Shown piece by piece: positions 11,167 to 21,744 of a stretch of 64,000 nt of DNA. This stretch comes from Paludibacteraceae bacterium (GTDB lineage Bacteria > Bacillota_I > Bacilli_A > RFN20 > CAG-826): NCBI GenBank assembly GCA_963621535.1, contig CAVFEQ010000001.1:18040-82039 (forward strand). Reading direction: 5' to 3'. The position numbers and the translations under genes are program-made. The notes below the pieces were generated by a model, which saw only the letters and a list, made by a program, of their open reading frames with translations, made no database searches and was not told where the DNA came from. Numbering within the stretch: the stretch's first letter is position 1; every line of letters begins with the position of its first letter.

Positions 11167-12646
11167 CGTCCGGTTTGAACATTTGCGTGGCCTTCACCGC
11201 CTGCAACCATCCCCGATATAGCTTATCCGCCTCTTCCTTTTGCATCGCAGGGGCGTAGCGTTTGCTGAGCTCGCGGTTCCTTTCAATGTCTTTCTTGTCT
11301 TTCCAGAAGCCGATCCCTAACCCAGCCAAATACCCGGCTCCCAAAGCGGTTGTCTCGACGCAGCTAGGGACATGAACCTCCGCCTGGAGAATGTCGCTTT
11401 GGAATTGCATGAGCATCGCATTCGCGCTGGCCCCTCCGTCGACGCGGAGGACCTTAAGCTCAAGCCCCGCCTCTTTCTTCATCACATCGATGACGTCTTT
11501 AGACTGATAGGCGATGGAATAGAGTCCGGCCCTGGTGATGTTATGCCTATCGGCCCCGCGGGTGAGGCCAAAGATCGCTCCCCTAGCATCATCATCCCAC
11601 CACGGCGTCCCTAAGCCCACGAAGGCAGGGACGAAATAGACCCCGGCCGTATCAGGGCGCTTGCCGGCGTACATTTCCGAGTCGCAGCTATCTTCGAACC
11701 AGCGAGTCTGGTCGCGCAGCCATTGCACGATGGCCCCGCCGATGTAAATCGAGCCTTCCAAGGCATAGGTTGTTTTCCCATTTTCCCGCCAGGCGACGGT
11801 CGTTAGAAGACCAGACTTAGAAAGAATCGGCTTCTCGCCGATATTCATCAGCATGAAGCAGCCGGTCCCGTAGGTGTTCTTGCTCTCGCCTTCGCGGTAG
11901 CAGCATTGTCCAAACAAAGCCGCCTGCTGGTCGCCAGCCACGCCGGTGATATGGACGCCCCCAGAAAAGAAGCTGGCTTCCCCATAATCGTCGGAATTGT
12001 CCTTCACCTCAGGTAGCATGCAAGAAGGGATGTTCCAAAGAGAGAGGAGCTCAGGGTCCCACTTCATCGAGAAAATGTTGAACAGCATCGTGCGGGAGGC
12101 GTTAGAGACATCGGTGGCGTGCGTTTTCCCCTGCGTCATCTTGTAAATCAGCCAGCTGTCGATGGTCCCGAAGAGGAGGTCGCCTTTTTCGGCGCGGGCT
12201 TGCCCATCGGGAATGGAATCGAGGATGTAACGGATTTTCGACGCGCTGAAATAAGGGTTCATCCTTAGGCCGGTCCGCTCATGGATGAAGCTCATCTTGT
12301 CCATCCTCTCCTCGCAAAGAGTCTGGGTCTGCTTCGATTGCCAGACGATCGCGTTGCTGACCGCGTTCCCCGTGTGCTTATCCCAAATAACCGTCGTCTC
12401 GCGCTGATTCGTGATGCCTATAGAAGCCACTTCCTCCATCGAAGAAGAAGAGACGACCATAAGCTCATTGATGACGTCGATGACGGAGATCCAAATTTTG
12501 TTAGGATCCTGCTCCACCCAGCCGGGCTTCGGATAAAGGCATTCAAGGGGACGCTGGGCCTGATAGACTTTCTCCCCCCTATCGTTGATTAAGATGGCGC
12601 GGGTGGAAGTCGTGCCTTGGTCGATGGCTAAAATGTAGTTTTTCAT
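11162..12646 (-). CDS. glpK: Glycerol kinase
   Basis: 494 aa. N-terminus YILAIDQGTTSTRAILI. FGGY-family motifs throughout. Confidence 0.97.
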   Translation of the reverse strand: MKNYILAIDQGTTSTRAILINDRGEKVYQAQRPLECLYPKPGWVEQDPNKIWISVIDVINELMVVSSSSMEEVASIGITNQRETTVIWDKHTGNAVSNAIVWQSKQTQTLCEERMDKMSFIHERTGLRMNPYFSASKIRYILDSIPDGQARAEKGDLLFGTIDSWLIYKMTQGKTHATDVSNASRTMLFNIFSMKWDPELLSLWNIPSCMLPEVKDNSDDYGEASFFSGGVHITGVAGDQQAALFGQCCYREGESKNTYGTGCFMLMNIGEKPILSKSGLLTTVAWRENGKTTYALEGSIYIGGAIVQWLRDQTRWFEDSCDSEMYAGKRPDTAGVYFVPAFVGLGTPWWDDDARGAIFGLTRGADRHNITRAGLYSIAYQSKDVIDVMKKEAGLELKVLRVDGGASANAMLMQFQSDILQAEVHVPSCVETTALGAGYLAGLGIGFWKDKKDIERNRELSKRYAPAMQKEEADKLYRGWLQAVKATQMFKPDE

Positions 12647-12709
12647 AATGAGATAATGAAAGCGCTTCCGCGAAGAGGAAGCAAGGAAAATCGCTTTCTT
12701 TACAAGGAT

Positions 12710-13978
12710 TTACCGGATCCGATAAAACTGCTCGATATCGGAGATTTCCTTGATGATGTCCTTCGTGAGGACTTCCGCGCCCTCCTTAGTGATGAGCAGG
12801 TCGTCTTCGATGCGGATGCCGATGCCTTTTTCCTTTATATATAGGCCAGGCTCATCCGAGATGACGTTGCCTGGTTCCAAAGGATCGGTTTTGTTTCCGC
12901 CGGGATCGTGGGTGTCCAAACCAATTTGGTGGGAGACGCTATGATAATAGTATTTGTCGATCTCTTTTTTATCGGCGATGATCCCTTTGCTAAGGCATTC
13001 GCTGGCAAGATAGTTTTTCGCGAAGTCGTTGAGCTCGCCAAGGCTGATGCCGGGGCGCGCATAGGCGGCGACGGCTTTGTTGCAGCCAAGGACGATCTCA
13101 TAAATCGTCTTTTGCTCCGCGGAGAAGCAGCCTGAAACCGGGATGGTGCGGCTTACATCAGCGCAGTAATAGTTGTTTCTTGCGCCCAAATCCATAAGGA
13201 TGAGGCTTCCTTTTTCTACTCTTGCCTTCGGGAAGGGGTAATGCAAAGTGGTCGCGTTGACTCCGCTAGCCATGATGGTGTTGAACGCGAGTCCTTGATA
13301 GCCGTCATCATCGTCGCATACTTTAAGGAAAGTCGAGGCCAGTTCGTGTTCTTTTACGCCAGGATGGGCATTAGCCATGACGGCTTGGATCCCAAGGCGG
13401 GTGGTCGCGATGGCTGAACGGAGCTCAGCGATTTCCGCAGTCGATTTGACTAAGCGCTGCTTCACCAGAAGCGGATAGGCGTCGATGAAGCTAGAGATGT
13501 CATAACGATCGTCGAGCACCTCCATCTCCCCGTCGATCCCCATCTCTTCGGCGAGCTTTTGCTCCTTCTCCATGTCAAGGTAGACGTGTTTGATGGTCCC
13601 ATAGGGCGAGTCCTTACGTCCTAAAATCCCATCGAGCCGGGCATTCAAAGAGTTATTGATCAAGACGTTCCTCACCCCAGAGAGCAAATAGGCCTCTTGG
13701 GTCGTTAGGCGCTTCCCATACCACTTCTCCTTCGTCTCGTCGAAGGGGGAGACGAAAAGATATTCGCGCCTTTCCCCTTCGCTTTTTAGCAGAAGCAAAA
13801 CGCTATCAGGCTGATCGATGCCCGTAAGGTAATAGAAATTGCGGTTCACCTCAAAAGGGTATTCCTCGTCGTAGCTGCTTTTTTTACCGACCCCGGAGAA
13901 AAGAAGGGTAATGGAGTTATCCTTCACCTTATCAAGGAAGATTTGCCGGCGTTCGGCATATTCATTAGCTAGGATCAT
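12710..13978 (-). CDS. Xaa-Pro aminopeptidase/dipeptidase (M24B)
   Basis: 422 aa. Metal-ligand blocks LMDLGARNNYYCADVSRT, HSVSHQIGLDTHD, EPGLY and IRIEDD. Confidence 0.9.
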   Translation of the reverse strand: MILANEYAERRQIFLDKVKDNSITLLFSGVGKKSSYDEEYPFEVNRNFYYLTGIDQPDSVLLLLKSEGERREYLFVSPFDETKEKWYGKRLTTQEAYLLSGVRNVLINNSLNARLDGILGRKDSPYGTIKHVYLDMEKEQKLAEEMGIDGEMEVLDDRYDISSFIDAYPLLVKQRLVKSTAEIAELRSAIATTRLGIQAVMANAHPGVKEHELASTFLKVCDDDDGYQGLAFNTIMASGVNATTLHYPFPKARVEKGSLILMDLGARNNYYCADVSRTIPVSGCFSAEQKTIYEIVLGCNKAVAAYARPGISLGELNDFAKNYLASECLSKGIIADKKEIDKYYYHSVSHQIGLDTHDPGGNKTDPLEPGNVISDEPGLYIKEKGIGIRIEDDLLITKEGAEVLTKDIIKEISDIEQFYRIR

Positions 13979-14582
13979 GATTGATTTTCCTCACTTGTAT
14001 CACGTGTTCTTGAGAGAGAATCTCCTCTTGGCGAAGCAAGAGGCTATTTTCATCGAAGGGGATTGTACCATTGACGTAGAGACTCGCTTCAACTTCCATC
14101 GCAAATTGCTCGCTTTTTAATTCGTAGCCATGCTTTTTGGCTAGGCGCTTCACTTCTTCGTAACGGGAATAGCTTAGGCGCAGCTGAAACTTAAGGACGT
14201 CTGTTTCCTCCCCATAGGAAGCGTTGTCGAGCGCTTCTTTCGCGGCTTCTAGGAAGCAGCGTTTGAGCCGTCCCACCCCGAGTTTTGTCCCACCGAAATA
14301 ACGGGCCACCACAAGCAGGCAGCAATCGATGTTTCTTTCTTCAAGCATCAAAAGCATCGCCTTGCCGGCGCTCCCGCCGGGTTCGCCATCATCGCTGCTT
14401 TTCTCATACCCCTTCGCCCTTAAGGCATAGGGATAATGGTCCGCCTTTGGGTGGTCGGATTTAAAAGAAGCGTAAACCTTCTCAAAAGAAAGAGGATCAT
14501 CCAGCAGAAGAGCCTCTGCCTCGAAAGAGGAAGAAAGGAGAGAGGAAAACCCTTTTCCCTTCGCTAAAACTAGACAGCTCAT
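13965..14582 (-). CDS. yigZ: YigZ/IMPACT-family protein
   Basis: Hallmark SSDDGEPGGSAGKAML and ARYFGGTKLG. ATG 14582 forms an ATGA overlap with the stop of the 2370-aa gene. Its 3' end overlaps the pepP-like start by 14 nt. Confidence 0.85.
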   Translation of the reverse strand: MSCLVLAKGKGFSSLLSSSFEAEALLLDDPLSFEKVYASFKSDHPKADHYPYALRAKGYEKSSDDGEPGGSAGKAMLLMLEERNIDCCLLVVARYFGGTKLGVGRLKRCFLEAAKEALDNASYGEETDVLKFQLRLSYSRYEEVKRLAKKHGYELKSEQFAMEVEASLYVNGTIPFDENSLLLRQEEILSQEHVIQVRKINHDPS

Positions 14583-17500
14583 GCGCTCATCCTGATTTCG
14601 TTGGCAAGCGTCACATAGGAGAAAGCGGTAGAAACCCCGTTGACTAGCCCATCGCCAAAGGTGCATGGGAAATCACTCGTTCCATAGGCGGGGGTTAAAA
14701 GGGTCGCGTCGATAGGGCCATGGAAGAAATAGTCCTGATAGGCGCTCGCAGCAATGGAGCCTTTAAGAACGAGATAATCATAGGCATCAGAGGCGTAAAT
14801 GAGGTTCACAAGAGCTTTAGCAATGCCGCTCATGGTATCGAAATCCCCGCAAATCCCGTCTAACTTAGTCTTTTGCTCGCTATTAAGCAAGCAAGCAGTC
14901 AAAGACATGGAGGAAGTGTCCACGAACGGAGAAGAAGAGGAGATGGAAATCCCAGAGGAGAGCAAAGCCGTAAAGGCAACTCCCTTCCCTTCGCTAGAAG
15001 CTAAGGAAGAGAGATTAGCAAAACTATAGGCCTTGGCTGAGGAATCATAGCCATAGGCATCAAATGAGGTGGTGAGCAGGCTTCTTTGATCGTCCGTGTT
15101 AAGGAAAGCAAGGCGCTCTTTCTCCGGGGCGCTAGGCGAAGATAAGGAGATTGCGCCAAGCGAGTGAGAAGAAAGCTGGGCATAGCCTATTCTCTCCTCA
15201 ACCCTGTCGTTGAGGGCCCCGGCGATGAGATGTTTAGCGAAAACGGACGTCGAGGAAGCTTTTGTTTTGTCATAGCTCGGATCAACCTCGTTATCGATGT
15301 GGTAAGAGTAGGCAAGCTCGCTGGAAGAGAGGAAATCCGCATAACCGTTTTCTTCTTTGCCAAGGAGGCTAGAGGCATAACGGTAGAGAGCGGTCTTAGT
15401 CGACTCCTCAGAAGAAGAAGAGAAAGCGACATTCACAATTTCATGAACGATGTCGCTGTATTCGGCGCCAACTAAGGCGGTCTCGAAGAACTTGCCCTCC
15501 GCAAAGGGGTCATCCGAACCTTTGATGAGATTATCGATGGAGGAATAGCGTGCCGCAGCAGGGACGCTAGTCCCGTAGTCCTCAGCAAGCTTAGGTGCGT
15601 CCACCGCATCAAGCAGGTTCACCTTGACGCCCGAAGAAGCATCTTCCAAAGAGAACATCTTATAAAAGGAGTAGGCGCTTGAAGAGAAGGTTGCTGTCGC
15701 GGAGGAAACAGGGCGGAAATCCACATCGAAGCAAGACTCGGCGTATATGCTTGAGCCCATGACGATAGAGGCGATGCCATAAAGAGGGACGCCTGCCTCA
15801 TAGGCCTCTTTCAAGGCCGAGGCGCTTCCTTCAAAGGAATAATAGGTCCCGTCAGTTTTTCTTAGGGAGCAAAGGAACCATTCAAGAGCATCCGAATCCT
15901 TGTTCCCTTTCTCCAAACTGCCATAAGGCAAATAATATTTCGCCGTGTCGAACATATAAGAAAGCTCGCCGGGCTTTGAGATGGTGAACTTAAAATTGCA
16001 TCCGATTTTGCCTAGCCCGATATCCCATTTATTGGCGGTGACGTCGTAAGAAGAGGCGACGAGGCTGTTTAAGTTCGTCTCGTATGTCCCATCGCCATCC
16101 AAATCGCCCATAAGAGTCGAGACTTCGGTGCCGTCATAGGTAGAAGAAGAGAAGTAAAGATCCGCGTATTTCAAACCGTTCTCCAAGAAAGAGGCGTCGG
16201 AGACGAAGGTGTCACCAGTTCCAAGGCTTATCTTGGATGTCGAGAAAGTCTCAACGCCAAGGCCTTTGGTGCCGCTTTCCCCGGAAGTGAGGAATGAGGC
16301 GATGGTGGTCGCAAGCGCATCCTCGCACACCCTGCTTCTTCCCACAAGGCGCAGCAGCTCCATGGCTTTTCCTGGGCTCAGTTTCTTAAGGAATTCAGTC
16401 GAGGTGTCGACCTTGCCTTCGCTCGTGAGCAAATCGGATTCCTGCGCGATTCTAATCAGGCCGGATTTCCCTTCATCATCGGTCGTCAGTGTCTCGATTT
16501 CCACGCGCCAATCGCTATCTAAGACAAGGGCTTTGATCTTCCCGTGCAATTTAAGCTCGGCGGCAAGGCTTTCATCGTAGCCTGCATCAACAAGATAGGC
16601 AAAATCATGGTAGGCGTCGAAAGAGCGAGTGGCCAAACCGGAATTGTTGTAAACAAGATAAACCACCTGCTCGAAAACGGTGAGGTCGCTTGTGACCTTC
16701 GCATCGGCGGATGGCGTGTAGCTTTCGTTCTCCCATCCTTTGTTATAGGTGCTGGAATATTGGTTTACCCCCGTCTGATGGAAGAGGAGGGAATCATCTA
16801 ACTCCCAGAGGAATTGACGGAGCAAATAGGGGTCAATCGTGTCAAGCCTATCATCTTCCAAATCGTCTTTGTTGCTCTCGATGAGGTCGAGCAGATCGAC
16901 GAGCAGATCGATTTCGCTATCATCGTAGCCGCGCGAATAATCAATGGTCGCGGTCGCGTTCTCCGCATCGTAGAAATAGGGATAGTAATAATTCGTGAGG
17001 CTCAAATCGAGACCATCGACGGTGAGTTCGCCATTAGAGAGATATTTGCCTAGCGCGTTGATCGGGACGTCTTTAAGCAAAAGGCAATGCGAGAGGTCTT
17101 TTAGAAGTGAAGAAAGAGTAGAGCTCGACTTCGTGAGGGTCGCAAAATCGATTTCCCCTCCTTCAAGAAGAGAAAGAAGAGAATGCTCATTGAGGTTTGA
17201 TAAGAGATGAGAAAGCCCTCCATCACCTTTTCCGATGACCTCGTAAAATGCATTGGATTGCTGGTTATCTAAAGTGTATTTCTTGTAATTTCCATCATCG
17301 CCAATGCCTAAAGTCGAGGAGACGAGGTACTTGTATTTGGCCGAAGGGGTATCCGTGCCATATTTAATGTCTTTTGGAGAAGAGGCGGAGCAGATCAGAT
17401 CATCCAAACCCATCTGGGCGAGGATGTCGGTGAGGAAGGCCTGCGCGGAGGTGAGGTCCTTTTTCTCGCCGCTTTGCGCGGTTGTGGAATTGAATACGCG

Positions 17501-20500
17501 CGAAGCGTATAGCGGGGAAAGGGTCTTCTCCAAATCGAGTTTGGCGAGATCGGAAACCGAAGCGCTTCCTAGATCCGAGTATTCGGAAACGCTTGTGAGC
17601 AAGTTCGCTAAACAGGCGATTTCGTTGTCGTCGTATCTTTCATAGTCGGTACCCCCCTCATTTCTCATCACGAAGGGATCGCATAGCTCAAGGTCAGCTT
17701 GGAAGGAGGCGGGCAGGCCCGAAAGTCCGGAGACGGCCTTATCGATTTGAATGGGCAAAGCGCGATAAAGCAAATCGCTGGAATTGATCTGCTCTAGCAA
17801 AGACTTCACCGCGGAAAGCTTAGAGGAATCCAAAGAGGAAAGGTCTAAGGAGTCGCCAGAAAGGAGGCCGCTCTCCTGCACGATTTTCACGACGTCGCAG
17901 AAAACGTTGATTTCCTGATCCATGTCGCTTACCCCATCCACGAGCGTTGAGATGGTGATCCCGGGGGCATGGGCTGCGGAAATCTCATCATCTTTCTCTA
18001 GCCCCTCTCCGTAGAGGTTTGACTTAACGAGGATCGTCTTGAAGAAACTTCTTAGAAGCGTCTCATTCTTGCCTGCTCTTTGCGTAGTAAAGACATCAGA
18101 AGAGGAGATATCCTCAAGCAAGGGGCGCAGGCAATAGTCGACGTTGAGCTTGTCGATGGCCATCTTGTCCTCTTGGAATTGGCCATCCTCATCAAGCAGA
18201 CCGTAATAAGGATCATAGAGGGTATCCATGACATCGCAAAGATAGACGACCTGCTCCACCCTACTCTCCTTATCCAAATCGAAGAAGACCTCGGCGTTGG
18301 CAAGGGAGAGATCAAAGGAAGAAGAGGACATGGACGAGGAAAGATCGTCTAAGGAACGCGAGAGGGCATTCGCGATGAGGACCGAACCGAAGACGTCTGA
18401 GGAAGAAAGATTATTGAGCGTATCGCGCAGCAAGAGGAGCTTATCGCTAGAGAAGGAAGAAAGAGAAGAGAAGCCGCCAAGAGACTGCACGTTGCTTAGC
18501 ACTTTGCAGAAGAGCTCGATCTCCCCTCCTTCGTCATCATTCGTCCAATCCTCCACCTCTTTGAGGGCAAGACAGTTATTCACAAACGTAGAGCATTTCT
18601 CTTTTCTCGTGCTCAAATCATCGCTCGCGTCGAGATCATTTACCCCTTTGTCGGCGAAATAAGAAATTGAGGTATCGTCAAGCATCCCAAGGATCTTCGA
18701 GGAGAAGAACTCCGGGAACTTATAATCAACGCTCCCATCCTCTGCTTTCTTGTTGAAGATCTGGCTCTTCGCTAGGTTCGAGAAAAGATCCCTCGCCAGA
18801 GTCGGCGAGACCTTATTGATGTCGAAATCGCTGATATCAATGCCTTTGGTGGCCAAATCGACGATTTTTTTGATGGTCGCCCCTTCTTTCTCCCAGTCTT
18901 CCGCGCTAGTTAGATTCTTGAAGGTGATGCCCTCCTCCTCGCCTACTTCCAGCACCGAGGTGAAGTACTTGTCCATCGCGCTGCCGGCGACTGAGCGCAT
19001 CACCTCGGATTCCCCGATGCTCTTGAAGAGGGTTTCGATATCGATTCGCGCGAGGGCTCTCATCATCTCGTTGCCGCTAGAGCCCGCCAAAGACATGAGA
19101 TCGGTCAAAGGCACGGAAGTAAGGGAAGCGACGATGAGGTAATTCTCATGGGCTTTGACGATCTCTCCTCCAATGTCTCCACCCTGACGCTCGCTAGCTA
19201 AAATCACCCCATCAAGGGCGTCATCTTCTAGTTTGAAGTCCTCTAAACCCGCGGAGGAGAAAACGTAATTCAGCAAGGAGACGATGTTCGTGTTTCTCTT
19301 CCCGGAAGCGGCGTCAAAGGGATTGAGGATCTTCGAGCCGGCGAAGATGTCCAAGACGCGGACGAGAGTGTCTTTCTCCTCCAAGAGAGTGGTTGCCATA
19401 AGATGGGCGGAAGCCCCTTCGATGCCATTAAGCGCCAGAATCAGATCCCCCGAATAGGAGATGAGATTCAAAAGGAAGGAAAGCTCGTGCCCGAAGTCCT
19501 CGCAAGCGAAATCGATGTTCTTGATGCCAAATTCAGAGAGGGTATCCCGGAAATCCTCGAAATACTTCTCGGCCACCTGAGGCAAGGCTTCGGTCATGAT
19601 GAGGGAGTCATCGCTCCGCTCAAGCGAGTTTTGCAGGGCTTTTACTAGCTCAGGATCGATAGAGATCAGTTTCCCGTTTTTATAGGCCATGCCCGTGCCG
19701 TCTTCAATAAAAGCAAGCCCAGCCTCGCTAGAGGCGAAGTCCGCGGCAACGTCTAAAGTCGCGCCGAATTCCCGCTTATAGTCTTTAACGGTCCAGTCCT
19801 CATCCTCGATTTTCTTTTTCGTCTCGGTGAGTTTCAGGTCCATGTCCAAAGCGGTGCTGCCGGATTTTTCGATGAAAGTCACCATCGAAGGCAGCGCGTT
19901 CCCCACGAAAAAGGAATCAAACAAGCAATCCTTAGAATCCTCTTTGGGCTCGCCGCTTTCATCCCTTTCGCCGACGAGCAAATCGACATAATCATCCGCA
20001 TACTTCGCGCTGAGGGAAAGAAGGTTGCGGTAAGTCTCCTGCGAGGTTTCTTCGCTTGGTGGGTTCTGCACGAGGTCAAGGACATTGCTCACAACCTCAG
20101 GGGAGACATCGTTGATGGAATAGATCGTATCGTAAAGGAGATTGAACTCTTTCGTGTAGTTGAGCCCCACAAGCGCCTCGTAATCGATGTCCTTCTCATC
20201 TTCGCTCAGAGGCAAAAAATCAAGGATCGAAAGATCGGCGCGGCTTTCTTTCTCGAGTTCCGCTTTTCCAAGCTGGCTTAGCAGGCCCGCCATAAGATGG
20301 GAGAAAAGCGCGGAATCCTCGAATTCCTCGGTGAGTCTATGCATAGCCGCTTTCGCGTCGCGGTCGTTCCCGCTTGCGTCTTTGCCAGAGAAAACATACT
20401 GCAGCTGCGTCCAATCGAACACCGGGGTGGGAGATCCATTTTCGACGTCCACGACGCAATCGATGATGCCGGCATCGAGGATGTTCTCATAGATGCGGCT

Positions 20501-21691
20501 CATGGATTGGACGACCTCCGCCCAATCAACGTCCGCGTCAGAAAGATATTTGCAGGTTTCTTCCCCAAGAACGTTCTTGACCGCGTCGAGATTGACGGCC
20601 AAAGAGACGGCGAAAGGCAAAGCGCATTGGATGAGCTTGGTTTCGGAAAGGGCGTAAATGAGCTCCGGGATGGAGGAAGAGGAAAGGAGCAAATACCACC
20701 GGATGCCCTCGCTTCCATTCGCTGAAAGCAGCCCGGCGTTGATGGCTTGCGCGGAGATATTAGCAAGAGCGGAGATCTCCGAGATCAGGTCCGTTTTGAC
20801 CTCTTTTACCTCGCTTTGTGTCAAGAAGGAGATCAATTGCTGGTCGAAAGTAGTCGACCCATCCATCGAATTCCAGGAGAAGAAGGTCTTGGCGAAAGCG
20901 CTTTGGTCATAGACGCCGAGGATGTCGGTGATCATCGAGACGGTTTCGTTTTCCTTCGCACGCTCATCCTCGACTTTGAAGCGGCCATTCACCGAATTCA
21001 CGATGCTTGTGAAGGGGGAAAGAAGCATGCCTAAGCACGCCGCCCCGATAAGGAGCTCTTCAAAAGCCGAGACCAAACGAAGCTTTTTGATCTTTCTCCG
21101 TTCACGCGGAGTGAAGCGTTTGAAGGCAATGTGCCAAAGAAGCATGATCAGAAGCATGCCAAGGGTCGACAGAAGAAGTCCCCAAACGAAAATCAGCAGA
21201 AGTTTGATGAGCGAAGAGGCGAGGACGCTTGCGTAAGAGAGCATTCCCGAATAGCTCCCGTTCGCCCCAAACGCTTCAGCGACCTGGACGATCAAATCCT
21301 CCAGGCTCGTCTGCAGGGTCGTCCATTTCACGGAGATCGCATGCTCTACCCCATCTATCGTGAGGGCGAAATTCAGATTCGGGATGTTGAATCTTTGCAA
21401 ATCCATGCCCCCTAAAGCGTTTGCCTGCAGCCCTAAAGTGGCCAAGACGGCGGTGACCATGATCGCGAAAGAAATCAAGCGGTAGGTCCCATATTTCCAG
21501 CCCCTGAGAAGGCCTCTAAGGAAAACCAGCACAAGCACTCCGAGAACAAGAATGAAAAGCACGGTCAAGGCGATATTGAGGATGTTAAGAATGTTTTGCG
21601 TCTCGATAAGAGAGGCCAGTTTAAGCAAAGTTCTCATATACCTGAAATTATGCGGTAGAAACCCTTTTCGCGCAAGCGCGCGCACAGGCAT
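14579..21691 (-). CDS. Giant polytopic membrane protein, 2370 aa, no recognised domain
   Basis: Single uninterrupted 7.1-kb ORF. There are 4-5 hydrophobic helices in the first ~230 aa, then ~2100 aa of acidic, Ser/Leu-rich sequence. Alternative start at ATG 21637 (MRTLLK), because a TATAGT -10-like hexamer ends 2 nt before ATG 21691. Confidence 0.85.
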   Translation of the reverse strand: MPVRALARKGFLPHNFRYMRTLLKLASLIETQNILNILNIALTVLFILVLGVLVLVFLRGLLRGWKYGTYRLISFAIMVTAVLATLGLQANALGGMDLQRFNIPNLNFALTIDGVEHAISVKWTTLQTSLEDLIVQVAEAFGANGSYSGMLSYASVLASSLIKLLLIFVWGLLLSTLGMLLIMLLWHIAFKRFTPRERRKIKKLRLVSAFEELLIGAACLGMLLSPFTSIVNSVNGRFKVEDERAKENETVSMITDILGVYDQSAFAKTFFSWNSMDGSTTFDQQLISFLTQSEVKEVKTDLISEISALANISAQAINAGLLSANGSEGIRWYLLLSSSSIPELIYALSETKLIQCALPFAVSLAVNLDAVKNVLGEETCKYLSDADVDWAEVVQSMSRIYENILDAGIIDCVVDVENGSPTPVFDWTQLQYVFSGKDASGNDRDAKAAMHRLTEEFEDSALFSHLMAGLLSQLGKAELEKESRADLSILDFLPLSEDEKDIDYEALVGLNYTKEFNLLYDTIYSINDVSPEVVSNVLDLVQNPPSEETSQETYRNLLSLSAKYADDYVDLLVGERDESGEPKEDSKDCLFDSFFVGNALPSMVTFIEKSGSTALDMDLKLTETKKKIEDEDWTVKDYKREFGATLDVAADFASSEAGLAFIEDGTGMAYKNGKLISIDPELVKALQNSLERSDDSLIMTEALPQVAEKYFEDFRDTLSEFGIKNIDFACEDFGHELSFLLNLISYSGDLILALNGIEGASAHLMATTLLEEKDTLVRVLDIFAGSKILNPFDAASGKRNTNIVSLLNYVFSSAGLEDFKLEDDALDGVILASERQGGDIGGEIVKAHENYLIVASLTSVPLTDLMSLAGSSGNEMMRALARIDIETLFKSIGESEVMRSVAGSAMDKYFTSVLEVGEEEGITFKNLTSAEDWEKEGATIKKIVDLATKGIDISDFDINKVSPTLARDLFSNLAKSQIFNKKAEDGSVDYKFPEFFSSKILGMLDDTSISYFADKGVNDLDASDDLSTRKEKCSTFVNNCLALKEVEDWTNDDEGGEIELFCKVLSNVQSLGGFSSLSSFSSDKLLLLRDTLNNLSSSDVFGSVLIANALSRSLDDLSSSMSSSSFDLSLANAEVFFDLDKESRVEQVVYLCDVMDTLYDPYYGLLDEDGQFQEDKMAIDKLNVDYCLRPLLEDISSSDVFTTQRAGKNETLLRSFFKTILVKSNLYGEGLEKDDEISAAHAPGITISTLVDGVSDMDQEINVFCDVVKIVQESGLLSGDSLDLSSLDSSKLSAVKSLLEQINSSDLLYRALPIQIDKAVSGLSGLPASFQADLELCDPFVMRNEGGTDYERYDDNEIACLANLLTSVSEYSDLGSASVSDLAKLDLEKTLSPLYASRVFNSTTAQSGEKKDLTSAQAFLTDILAQMGLDDLICSASSPKDIKYGTDTPSAKYKYLVSSTLGIGDDGNYKKYTLDNQQSNAFYEVIGKGDGGLSHLLSNLNEHSLLSLLEGGEIDFATLTKSSSTLSSLLKDLSHCLLLKDVPINALGKYLSNGELTVDGLDLSLTNYYYPYFYDAENATATIDYSRGYDDSEIDLLVDLLDLIESNKDDLEDDRLDTIDPYLLRQFLWELDDSLLFHQTGVNQYSSTYNKGWENESYTPSADAKVTSDLTVFEQVVYLVYNNSGLATRSFDAYHDFAYLVDAGYDESLAAELKLHGKIKALVLDSDWRVEIETLTTDDEGKSGLIRIAQESDLLTSEGKVDTSTEFLKKLSPGKAMELLRLVGRSRVCEDALATTIASFLTSGESGTKGLGVETFSTSKISLGTGDTFVSDASFLENGLKYADLYFSSSTYDGTEVSTLMGDLDGDGTYETNLNSLVASSYDVTANKWDIGLGKIGCNFKFTISKPGELSYMFDTAKYYLPYGSLEKGNKDSDALEWFLCSLRKTDGTYYSFEGSASALKEAYEAGVPLYGIASIVMGSSIYAESCFDVDFRPVSSATATFSSSAYSFYKMFSLEDASSGVKVNLLDAVDAPKLAEDYGTSVPAAARYSSIDNLIKGSDDPFAEGKFFETALVGAEYSDIVHEIVNVAFSSSSEESTKTALYRYASSLLGKEENGYADFLSSSELAYSYHIDNEVDPSYDKTKASSTSVFAKHLIAGALNDRVEERIGYAQLSSHSLGAISLSSPSAPEKERLAFLNTDDQRSLLTTSFDAYGYDSSAKAYSFANLSSLASSEGKGVAFTALLSSGISISSSSPFVDTSSMSLTACLLNSEQKTKLDGICGDFDTMSGIAKALVNLIYASDAYDYLVLKGSIAASAYQDYFFHGPIDATLLTPAYGTSDFPCTFGDGLVNGVSTAFSYVTLANEIRMSA

Positions 21692-21726
21692 AAACTATAC
21701 TTACTAAACCTATTTCGAGCGCCTTG

Positions 21727-21735
21727 TGATATAGT
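21727..21735 (+). promoter_or_regulatory. Extended -10 promoter element (TGaTATAGT) for the CPBP gene
   Basis: TGATATAGT sits 9 nt upstream of ATG 21745. No Shine-Dalgarno sequence lies between them, which implies a very short leader. Confidence 0.4.
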
Positions 21736-21744
21736 TCCCGCATT

